44,583 nucleotides of DNA from Gemmatimonadales bacterium (GCA_036378855.1 DASUVR010000139.1:1-44583); one strand, 5' to 3'. Numbered from the stretch's first letter, positions 36,413 to 43,434 are shown. Notes: a model not told the origin generated them from the letters alone. Program-made: numbers and translations.

Positions 36413-37107
36413 GCCCCTCAGCTCTCCGGATGCTCGGCGTGATCCTGCTCGCGGGCTGCACTCCCGTTCTACGGGAAATCCGGCGGGGAGAGAGTTCCTA
36501 CGATGCAGGCCAGTACCGCCAGGCCTACGAGGCCTTTCGACAGGCGCTGGAGCGGACGGGAGACCCGGCGCTGCACTACTCCGTCGGCAATGCCCTCTAC
36601 CGGATGCGGCGCTACGAAGAGGCAGCCAAAAGCTTTCGCGAGGCCACTGCAGTGCCCCGCCTTCGCCAGGCCAGCTACTACAATTTGGGAAACGCATATG
36701 TTCGCGCGGCCGAAGATGCTCCGGAGAAAAGCCAGTTCCTGACCGAGGCGATCACCGCCTATCAGGAGGCGCTCCGGCTCGAGCCCCACGATTCTGCAGC
36801 CAAGTGGAACCTGGAGCTGGCCCTCCGGCGCCGCGGGGAGGACCGGGAATCGGGAGGCTCGTCCGGCCGCGGACGCTCTGCCGACTACGGCCGGGGCAAC
36901 ATGAACGTTCCGGGATATGAGGGCAATCCGGAGGCTGCGGCCGGGGCCATGGCCGGCGGCGGCTATGGAGCGGGAGAAGGCGAGTCGGCCGAAGAGCTCA
37001 CCGCAGAACAGGCCCGGCAGCTATTGGAGACAGTCGAGCGAGAGCAGCTCAGCAGTCACCAGGGCAATCCCTCGCTGGGGGCCGGCTCGCCAGCACGGGA
37101 CTGGTAG
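36409..37107 (+). CDS. batC: TPR-repeat lipoprotein BatC
   Basis: GTG 36409 (GTGA overlap). Lipobox 'ILLAGC'. TPR units 'YSVGNALYRMRRYEEAAKSFREA' and 'YYNLGNAYV...AITAYQEALRLEPHD'. Gly/Glu-rich tail. Confidence 0.7.
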   Translation: MSPSALRMLGVILLAGCTPVLREIRRGESSYDAGQYRQAYEAFRQALERTGDPALHYSVGNALYRMRRYEEAAKSFREATAVPRLRQASYYNLGNAYVRAAEDAPEKSQFLTEAITAYQEALRLEPHDSAAKWNLELALRRRGEDRESGGSSGRGRSADYGRGNMNVPGYEGNPEAAAGAMAGGGYGAGEGESAEELTAEQARQLLETVEREQLSSHQGNPSLGAGSPARDW

Positions 37108-37990
37108 TCCAGTCGATGCTGACCAGGCCAACCCCGACCAGGATGACCGCGGCCGCCAGCAACATGCGCATGGTGACCGTCTCATGCAGGATGGCCCATC
37201 CCAGGAAAACAGCGACGATCGGATTGACATAGGCGTAGGTGCCGGCCTTGGCGATGGAGGTGACTCCAAGCAGCCAGATGTAAGCGGTAAATCCCACCAA
37301 CGAGCCGAAGATCACCAGGTACCACCACGAGAGCGCTGCTCCCAGAGTCACCCGGCTGGGCTCGAAGGCATGGAATTGCCCGGCGATGCCCGCCGTCAGC
37401 AACAAGAGCAGCCCGCCCCCGATCATCTCCATGCTGGTGGCCAGAAATGGAGACTTGGGCAGCGGGGCCGTCTTGGACCACACCGAGCCCCAGGCCCAGG
37501 ATCCGGAGGCCAGCACCAGAATGATCGCGCCCACGAGATCAACCTGGGTTCTGGAGTTTCCGCGGGACGACACCAACAGGCCGACGCCCACGAGTCCGAG
37601 CAGTAATCCGGCAATCACCTGCTTGCTGGGCCGCGAGCCGCCCCGGGCCCACTCCAAACCGACCATCCAGATCGGTGCAACGGCAATCAACACCGCCGCC
37701 AGGCCGGACGGCACGCGCTGTTCCGCCCAGGCCACGCTGGCATTTCCTCCCAGCAGCAGAAACCCTCCGACTACCAGCGCCGCTCTCCACTGCACCGCTG
37801 TGGGTGCCGGCTCTCCCCGGCTTCTCGCCCAGCCATAGAGCAAGAGACCGGCGAACACGAACCGGCTGCCGGACAGCAGATGCGGCGGGATTGTTTCTAC
37901 CGCCACCCGCATGGCCAGATAGGTCATGCCCCAGCAGACGTACACCGCAAAGAACGCCAACGCGATCTTCAACGTTATTGTGGAGCGCAC
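37049..37990 (-). CDS. EamA/DMT-family transporter
   Basis: 313-aa ORF with GTG start and 10 hydrophobic segments in two EamA halves ('FAVYVCWGMTYLAMR...', '...AYVNPIVAVFLGWAILHE'). The 3' end overlaps the batC 3' end convergently. Confidence 0.8.
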   Translation of the reverse strand: MRSTITLKIALAFFAVYVCWGMTYLAMRVAVETIPPHLLSGSRFVFAGLLLYGWARSRGEPAPTAVQWRAALVVGGFLLLGGNASVAWAEQRVPSGLAAVLIAVAPIWMVGLEWARGGSRPSKQVIAGLLLGLVGVGLLVSSRGNSRTQVDLVGAIILVLASGSWAWGSVWSKTAPLPKSPFLATSMEMIGGGLLLLLTAGIAGQFHAFEPSRVTLGAALSWWYLVIFGSLVGFTAYIWLLGVTSIAKAGTYAYVNPIVAVFLGWAILHETVTMRMLLAAAVILVGVGLVSIDWTTSPVLASRPPARDCPGDC

Positions 37991-38070
37991 GCAGGTCCCG
38001 GTTGAGGAATCCGAGCGCTATAAGTAGTGGAGGATGGGTGACGCTGGAAGTACGGGAGGTTCCGAGTTCG

Positions 38071-39300
38071 CTAAATCCAGAGAAAAGCGGGATGGTCGTG
38101 GCCGGTGATGGCGAGAATCACCCGTTCGTAGAGTCGGGGGCCATTCTCGCTGTTGGTAAACACCACGATCGCCTGACCATTGGCCGAGTCCGCAATGACG
38201 AAGTTGCGGAAGGAGTTGTTGGCTCCCCAGTGCCATAGCACTTCGCCGTGCTCGTCCCGCTGGATTCCCCAGCCGAGACCCCAGGATAAGGCGCTGTTGA
38301 GCCGTACCTCCGGGGTGGCCATTGCCCGCCGGGTCTGAGGAGAGAGGGCCAGCCCCGGGCGCCCGTCCCGGGCAACCACGCGGCTCAGGAAGCGGGTGTA
38401 ATCGCTCACGGTGGTGAGCAGCGAGGTCGCCGCGTTGGGCACCATGTACAGCGGAAGAACCGGCCACTGGGGATTCACCAAGGGAATCGCCTTGGCCGAT
38501 TCCTGGTAGCGCCAGTCGGCCAGCGGAATGCCCCACTGCTGTGCAATGGCCAGCGTCCTCCGCCCGATGGCAGCCTGAACATCGAGCCGGTTCTCCTGTC
38601 CGTCGTACCCCGCCGCCATGCGACTCTCGAACTCCGGGAGCCACACGTAGCTGCTCTGTTTCATCTCGAAGGGCTCGAACACCTGCTCCTGCATCACCCG
38701 GGAGAACGGCTTGCCGGTGACAGCTTCGACCACGCGCTGCAAATAGAAATAGGCTTCACCGGAATAACTGAACTTCTTCCCCGGTTCTTCCGCCGGCTCG
38801 AGCGGGCCGGCCAGCTGGCGCCAGTTGGGAAGACCGGTCGTATGGCTGAGCACCTGCCGCACGGTCACCCGACTCATCCGCGCGCTGCTCGCCTCCGGTA
38901 TCGGCAGGTAATGGTACAGCGCCTTATCCAGATCGAGAACCTTGGCGTCTACCAGGCGAAGAACCGCGTAGGCGAAAATCGGTTTTCCAAGCGAAGCGGC
39001 TTCGAACACGGTCTCGGCGGAGGCGGGTTGGGCTGGATCCTCGACCGCTCGACCGAAGCCTCGGGTCCACAATCGAGCTCCCTCCACAACTCCGAGACCC
39101 AAACCTGGGACCGACGCCAGCTCGAGCAGTCGAGGGAGCTGACGCAGCAATGCGGCATTGGGCGCCCAGCCGGGACCATCCTTGTCCGGCGACATCATGG
39201 CTTGGACCGGCCAGGCGGCCCGAGCCTGTGCCGCGCTGATGAAGGCCCCTGCTGTTCCAAGCATGAATCGCCGGCGGGTCACATGCATGCTCAACCTCAC
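38071..39300 (-). CDS. Beta-lactamase-family serine hydrolase (class C / PBP4*-like), Tat-exported
   Basis: Twin-arginine signal 'VTRRRFMLGTAGAFISAAQARA'. SxxK motif 'ASLGKPIFAY'. 'YSGEAY' region. Confidence 0.85.
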   Translation of the reverse strand: MRLSMHVTRRRFMLGTAGAFISAAQARAAWPVQAMMSPDKDGPGWAPNAALLRQLPRLLELASVPGLGLGVVEGARLWTRGFGRAVEDPAQPASAETVFEAASLGKPIFAYAVLRLVDAKVLDLDKALYHYLPIPEASSARMSRVTVRQVLSHTTGLPNWRQLAGPLEPAEEPGKKFSYSGEAYFYLQRVVEAVTGKPFSRVMQEQVFEPFEMKQSSYVWLPEFESRMAAGYDGQENRLDVQAAIGRRTLAIAQQWGIPLADWRYQESAKAIPLVNPQWPVLPLYMVPNAATSLLTTVSDYTRFLSRVVARDGRPGLALSPQTRRAMATPEVRLNSALSWGLGWGIQRDEHGEVLWHWGANNSFRNFVIADSANGQAIVVFTNSENGPRLYERVILAITGHDHPAFLWI

Positions 39301-39537
39301 CTCTGGAGCCGGCCGCGGGGACGGCCAGGCACGACCAGTACCTCCCTACGCGTTCCGGGCCAGCACGTTTCGCTGAGTCCCTGAGGTCGTACTTCATGTA
39401 GATACTCGGCCTTGAGAAAGGGTTGCGCGGGGTTGATAGCTCTAACGACATCAGGTTCTGGGAGGTACGTTCGAGGAGAATGAGCCCGGCCGGGGAGGCT
39501 CCATGCTGTGGGCTATGCGCTAAGGGTGAGGGCCACA

Positions 39538-40041
39538 ATGCGTTATACTGCAGGAACCCGGGGCAGAACAGGACAACCGCCCCGTTGGGCCGGGTTCTTG
39601 GGAATGCTCAGTGCCGGGCTTATGTGTCTTGGGCCCTCCCCGGCAGCGGCCCAGGTAGGACTCACTTCAGCTGTTGGTAGCATTACCCTGGTGGCCCACG
39701 TAGATCCGCAGGGATCGATCTCCAGCGTCACACCGCTCCGCCCCACTAGCCAGACCGGACTCTTGATGGAGGCCGTGACCACGGTGCGACTCTCCAGCAA
39801 CGCCGGCTATCGGCTGATCGTGCGAGGTTTGGAGGGCGCCTCTTCCCGGGTTTGGGTCCGGTCGAGCACCGGAGAATTCGTTCGGCTCACCGCGGGAGCC
39901 TCGGTTCTGGTGGCGGGTGCTCCGCGTGGTTCGAAGGAGATGCTGCAGGACGTGTACTTCCGCTTGGAGGCGCCGGTTGGCGGCGGCACCCTGCCGCCGC
40001 TGCCGGTCGGTTACGAACTCGCGATCGATCCCACCATATAA
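39538..40041 (+). CDS. Hypothetical secreted protein
   Basis: GAGGG lies 5 nt upstream of ATG 39538. The N-terminal basic region plus 'FLGMLSAGLMCLGPSPAAAQ' looks like a signal peptide. The rest is beta-rich with no motif I recognise. Confidence 0.45.
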   Translation: MRYTAGTRGRTGQPPRWAGFLGMLSAGLMCLGPSPAAAQVGLTSAVGSITLVAHVDPQGSISSVTPLRPTSQTGLLMEAVTTVRLSSNAGYRLIVRGLEGASSRVWVRSSTGEFVRLTAGASVLVAGAPRGSKEMLQDVYFRLEAPVGGGTLPPLPVGYELAIDPTI

Positions 40042-40045
40042 CCGA

Positions 40046-40495
40046 CTACTTCACCTCGAAGTCTTTGGACTCGGTGGAACCATTCAGCGTGAGGGTCACC
40101 CGATATTTCCCCTTGGGCCACCCGCTCGGCTTGGAAATGTGGAACTCGGTGGCCTCGGTGCCGCTTGCTGCAATGCTCCGGGAATCCTCCTTGACCACCT
40201 GTCCTCCCTCCTCGTAGGTCCAGCGCGCGGTGACTGTCGCGTTGGGCGAGCTGCCCTGAGTCAGGGCCACCGCATAAATGGTATCGCGAGGAGAAAACTC
40301 GGTGGTTGCGTCGGACACTCGCTTGTCGGCCGACAAGTGCCTGCCAAGCTGGATCTCCGTAATCGAAGCCTGCGCGGTTGCTGTCTCCGTGGAGGTGGCC
40401 GGTGTGCCCGCATCTGAGCTCTTCTTGCATCCGGGAGCGGCAAGGGTAGTGGCGGCGAGCAGCAGAACGGCTGGATAGCGTCGGATCATGTTCAT
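40046..40495 (-). CDS. Hypothetical lipoprotein (beta-sandwich-like)
   Basis: 'LLLAATTLAAPGCKK' signal and lipobox-like cysteine. Sits 8 nt downstream of the LysM gene on the same strand. Start is ATG 40495 or ATG 40489. Confidence 0.55.
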   Translation of the reverse strand: MNMIRRYPAVLLLAATTLAAPGCKKSSDAGTPATSTETATAQASITEIQLGRHLSADKRVSDATTEFSPRDTIYAVALTQGSSPNATVTARWTYEEGGQVVKEDSRSIAASGTEATEFHISKPSGWPKGKYRVTLTLNGSTESKDFEVK

Positions 40496-40503
40496 GTCCT
40501 TGC

Positions 40504-40749
40504 TCAGGCCTCCGGAATTTGGAAGACCTGCCCGGGATAGATGAGATCGGGATTCGCGATGAGATCCCGGTTGGCTTCATAGATTTTCCGCCACTGTTGA
40601 GCATCGCCATACTCCCGCTTGGCGATCTTCGAGAGACTATCGCCCTTCTGCACCGTGTAACTGCGCCCAGCGGGACTCGGAGCCGTAGACGAGCTCCCGC
40701 TCTCTACATCAGAAAAGTCGGCCTTGGGCCGGTCACCCTTTCCCATCAT
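40504..40749 (-). CDS. LysM peptidoglycan-binding domain protein
   Basis: 'YTVQKGDSLSKIAKREYGDAQQWRKIYEANRDLIANPDLIYPGQVFQIP' is a canonical LysM domain. AGGAGG lies immediately upstream of the tandem ATGs. Confidence 0.8.
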   Translation of the reverse strand: MMGKGDRPKADFSDVESGSSSTAPSPAGRSYTVQKGDSLSKIAKREYGDAQQWRKIYEANRDLIANPDLIYPGQVFQIPEA

Positions 40750-40931
40750 GCCTCCTGGTTGGTGTCACTGCTCCAACGTGGGCCCAAACATGATCTTTCG
40801 TAAGACCCGGTCCCGTGATTGGGGTCACTCCTCCATTAGCTGCGTCTGATGACGGATTTCCTTCGGTTTCTCTGTCCGGATTTTTGACGGTGTGGAAGAT
40901 GGGGGAAAGTGGGCGGGGCGCTCAAATCTTG

Positions 40932-40946
40932 TCCACAGCCTGTGGA
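40932..40946. promoter_or_regulatory. Perfect 15-bp palindrome TCCACAG-C-CTGTGGA in a divergent intergenic region
   Basis: Read directly. Lies in a visibly less GC-rich, roughly 370-bp gap between the LysM gene (minus strand) and ORF 41120 (plus strand). Confidence 0.3.
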
Positions 40947-41119
40947 GATGTGGTCGCACCATATAAGCTGATGATGAACCTCAGCATACCCATCAACATC
41001 AACTCAACACTTTCCGCTTCTTCCCGAAGAGAAATGAGCGCTTGCACGCGCTGGGGAAAACTTCAGATTGTTGGCACCTCCCTCTGAGCTCCCAGCAGTT
41101 CCAAATCTCGAGGACGTCG

Positions 41120-41347
41120 ATGTTGCGTGAAGCCCGTCTGCGGCCTGAGTACGCACATCTATATCCCATGCTGCGGGCTGGAGCCTGGGAAGCGGCGGCC
41201 GCGATAGCCGACAAGGTAGCTGCCATACGGATTCAGCAACTGGCCGATTCGTACGTGTTGCACGACCGAGTCCTTCCCGATGCCCACTTCGAATTTCGCG
41301 GCGGTTCACCACGGCGCCATATAGGACCCACCGAAGGCGCCGCCTGA
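41120..41347 (+). CDS. Hypothetical small protein (75 aa)
   Basis: GAGGA lies 5 nt upstream of ATG 41120. No recognisable motif. Coding status is uncertain. Confidence 0.3.
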   Translation: MLREARLRPEYAHLYPMLRAGAWEAAAAIADKVAAIRIQQLADSYVLHDRVLPDAHFEFRGGSPRRHIGPTEGAA

Positions 41348-41440
41348 CGACGCTCCGCGTGCTCTACCGACAGCACTCAAGTTTGATGCAAATGCAGCCG
41401 AAGCTCCCGGCGTCACTGCCACGCACACCGAGGAGCTTTC

Positions 41441-41731
41441 ATGTCGCCGTCGATCTTCCGCTGGTCCGTTCCTGTCGCTCTCATCGCCACTGTCCTGAGT
41501 CACTACACCGATTCCCTCGCCAGCCCTCCGAGCAACGCCGCGCGGTTGGGAGTTGCCTACTTCGAGCCGCCGCGCTCCATCGGCACGCCGGTTGAAGACC
41601 TGGCTCGCGCCTACACCGGCTTCGGCCTGGCCGCCAGGATCGAAGGCCGGCTGCGGCTGGATACCGATGCCTCACTCGATGCTACCGCTCGGGAATTGAT
41701 CCGGCGCAGACTGGCTCAATCCGTCCAGTAG
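41441..41731 (+). CDS. Hypothetical small exported/membrane protein (96 aa)
   Basis: GAGGAG lies 5 nt upstream of the ATG. N-terminal hydrophobic segment 'WSVPVALIATVLS'. A strong terminator follows. The C-terminal 'ELIRRRL' coding segment recurs at 42592. Confidence 0.45.
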   Translation: MSPSIFRWSVPVALIATVLSHYTDSLASPPSNAARLGVAYFEPPRSIGTPVEDLARAYTGFGLAARIEGRLRLDTDASLDATARELIRRRLAQSVQ

Positions 41732-41776
41732 GCTTCGGAGAGCAGCATGCAAACGGCCCCGGTCATGGGGCCGTTT
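41692..41776 (+). repeat. Copy A of duplicated 3' module (ELIRRRL-coding segment plus terminator hairpin)
   Basis: GGAATTGATCCGGCGCAGACTGGCTCAATCCG...AAACGGCCCC-GGTCAT-GGGGCCGTTT. Compare copy B at 42592-42672. Confidence 0.6.
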
Positions 41777-41781
41777 TGTTG
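41751..41781 (+). terminator. Rho-independent terminator
   Basis: 10-bp stem AAACGGCCCC / GGGGCCGTTT with a 6-nt loop, followed by TGTTG. Confidence 0.7.
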
Positions 41782-41811
41782 AGGGTCGATATCGCCGTTG
41801 GCACCGGGCGA

Positions 41812-41843
41812 TTGACAATCCGGGGCCAACTTTGTTCTATAGA
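41812..41843 (+). promoter_or_regulatory. Possible promoter of the TadG-like gene
   Basis: Consensus -35 TTGACA (41812-41817). An AT-rich TTCTATAGA block lies 17-20 nt downstream, but the -10 is imperfect. Confidence 0.3.
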
Positions 41844-41845
41844 GA

Positions 41846-42036
41846 CCCTCCTACCCCCCTGATTAGTTCTCTTCTCCAAGCAATCGGGAGTCTCCCTCCC
41901 CTGAGACACTCTCGGCCTTGAACTGACCGCCACACCAGGGAGCTGAGCCCTCCCCTGAAGCAGCGCAGCGGAAACGAAATACCCTCCCCCTGAAGCAATC
42001 GCCGTACAAAGGAGCTGGATGTGCGCAAAAAGCTCC
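41846..42036 (+). promoter_or_regulatory. Repeat-rich leader: four CCCTCC..CCTGA (anti-SD-like) motifs plus an SD-sequestering hairpin
   Basis: CCCTCC-TA-CCCCCCTGA at 41846-41862, CCCTCCCCTGA at 41894-41904 and 41948-41958, and CCCTCCCCCTGA at 41982-41993. Complementary GGGAG at 41886-41890 and CAGGGAG at 41936-41942. AAGCAATCG at 41878-41886 and 41993-42001. GGAGCT (42011-42016) pairs with AGCTCC (42031-42036) across the GTG start. Confidence 0.5.
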
Positions 42037-42512
42037 GTAACAGAAGCGGCCATACTCTCACCATCATGGCCGCGCTCCTCGTCCCAGCCCTGGCCATTTT
42101 GGCTCTGACCATGGATCTCGGCCTCGTCTATGTCCGGAAGGCGGAAATGCAGCGCGCCGCCGACGCCGCAGTGCTGGCTGGTGCACAGGAGTTCATCACC
42201 GGAGGTTCAGTCGAGACCTACGTCAGGAGTTACCTGGAGAAGAATCCCGTCGGAGACACGGTCGCGACGGTTGAGCAGTTGGTCATTAACACCGATTCCG
42301 GCCGGGTGGATCTCACGATCGGGTATCAGACGCAGGCCTTGCTCCTGGCACCGAACGGGGTAGGCCTCACAGTGCACTCAGGGGCGACGGCCGAGCTCAC
42401 CGATTCAGGTGAAATCGGAAAGCCGGTCCCGCCCGGCAATGCCTACGGATGGTACAAGAAGGAGAAGTCGAACCCCGGAAAGGACTCGGCTTTCGCGAGG
42501 CTCACCTCCTGA
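42021..42512 (+). CDS. TadG/TadE-like (Flp-pilus pseudopilin-type N-terminal domain) protein
   Basis: AAGGAG lies 6 nt upstream of GTG 42021. 'GHTLTIMAALLVPALAILALTMDLGLVYVRKAEMQRAADAAVLAGAQE' matches the TadG-like N-terminal domain pattern (hydrophobic helix followed by LQxAADAAALAGA). Confidence 0.7.
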   Translation: MRKKLRNRSGHTLTIMAALLVPALAILALTMDLGLVYVRKAEMQRAADAAVLAGAQEFITGGSVETYVRSYLEKNPVGDTVATVEQLVINTDSGRVDLTIGYQTQALLLAPNGVGLTVHSGATAELTDSGEIGKPVPPGNAYGWYKKEKSNPGKDSAFARLTS

Positions 42513-42591
42513 GCTGCAGCGCGATCGGAACGATTGTACCAACACCAGGAGACCGTTTCTCCTAGCCTGGCAGCATGACTAATCCCGTTCC

Positions 42592-42672
42592 GGAATTGAT
42601 TCGGCGCAGACTGGACTGAATCAGCTGAATAAGCTCACAGAGGACGAAAACGGCCCCTGGTGTAGGGGCCGT
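42592..42672 (+). repeat. Copy B of duplicated 3' module
   Basis: GGAATTGATTCGGCGCAGACTGGACTGAATCAG...ACGGCCCCT-GGTGT-AGGGGCCGT. It sits within a 14-codon mini-ORF (42575-42619, MTNPVPELIRRRLD). Confidence 0.6.
42650..42672. terminator. Bidirectional terminator hairpin between convergent genes
   Basis: 9-bp stem ACGGCCCCT / AGGGGCCGT with a 5-nt loop. An A-run lies upstream and CTTGTCTT downstream. It lies between the TadG-like gene (plus strand) and the DUF2780 gene (minus strand). Confidence 0.6.
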
Positions 42673-42698
42673 CTTGTCTTCGCTGGTGTAGAGTGCCG

Positions 42699-43304
42699 CT
42701 AAAAAAGTCCCTTCAGAATGTTCGCTGCCTCTGGCCCGCCCACCTTTCCGACGTATTCCGTGAGCACGGGGACGAACTGGCTCGCGGCCTCCGGTGGCAG
42801 GCCGATCTTGGAGAACGCCGAGTTCAGTGCAGACATGCCGACCGACTGACCCGTGGCTGCAGCGGCATCGGCTCCGGCGGCGGCCGCGTCCGCGCCGGCC
42901 GCGACGGTTGAATCGGCGGCGCCAACAGTTGCGGCAGTCGTGCTGTCCGCCGCGGCCGGTGTGGCCGTGTCGGGCGCTTTGGATACGGTGACATCGGGGG
43001 CTGCAGAAAGGAAACTCTCAGCCCCAGGGATCCCAGCGGAGAGTGTGCCGTAGTCCTTGGGCGAGAGTTTGCCTTTGGCCAGACTCAGCACAGAGCCGAC
43101 CGCAGCGGTTGCCTGGGTTTCGCTGATGCCCAGCTTGCTCGTGAGCATGTTGGTAAGCCCAGCGGCAGTGGCGAGATCCTTAGTAGGGGCCGCCGTGTAG
43201 CCCGTGTCAGGGGCCGGGGCACCGGCGGTGGACTCCGTGTTCTTGCTGCAGGCCAGCACCGGGAGTGCAGCGGCCAGGAGGAAAGTGCAAGCTATCCTCG
43301 ACAT
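42699..43304 (-). CDS. DUF2780 (VcgC/VcgE-like) lipoprotein
   Basis: Lipobox 'LPVLAC'. 'LTSKLGISETQATAAVGSVLSLAKGKLSPKDYGTLSAGIPGAESFLSAAP' and C-terminal 'AFSKIGLPPEAASQFVPVLTEYV...ILKGLF' match the DUF2780 two-helix-bundle repeat pattern. Ala/Thr-rich linker. Confidence 0.65.
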   Translation of the reverse strand: MSRIACTFLLAAALPVLACSKNTESTAGAPAPDTGYTAAPTKDLATAAGLTNMLTSKLGISETQATAAVGSVLSLAKGKLSPKDYGTLSAGIPGAESFLSAAPDVTVSKAPDTATPAAADSTTAATVGAADSTVAAGADAAAAGADAAAATGQSVGMSALNSAFSKIGLPPEAASQFVPVLTEYVGKVGGPEAANILKGLF

Positions 43305-43434
43305 GGGGCTCTCCTGTTCATGAGGTGCATCTGTACGGGAACCCCGTCAATACTGCTGTTTGTACCGGGCGGCGACATTGCACCTAGGTGTAGACACAAA
43401 ACTGCTCGGAATCTTACCCGAGGTTCATCTGAAA

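Noticed and set aside
36838-36990. Gly/Arg/Glu-rich low-complexity segment at the BatC C-terminus (GGSSGRGRSADYGRGN...GGGYGAGEGE) that looked like a possible DNA repeat.
   Set aside because: There is no exact nucleotide periodicity. It is a compositionally biased protein tail, which is common in BatC-like proteins.
40815-41087. ORF of 90 aa (GTG start) in the less GC-rich spacer.
   Set aside because: It has no SD, composition atypical for coding, and no motif. It is more likely non-coding regulatory DNA.
41935-41942. A possible att-like direct repeat of the tRNA-Phe 3' end: CCAGGGAG at 41935-41942 matches the tRNA plus-strand sequence GGCCAGGGAGGGAATTGAA. The CCCTCCCCTG repeats also resemble the tRNA T-arm/acceptor sequence.
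   Set aside because: Only 8 nt match in the correct orientation, and the longer look-alikes are in the wrong orientation. No integrase or other mobility gene is present.
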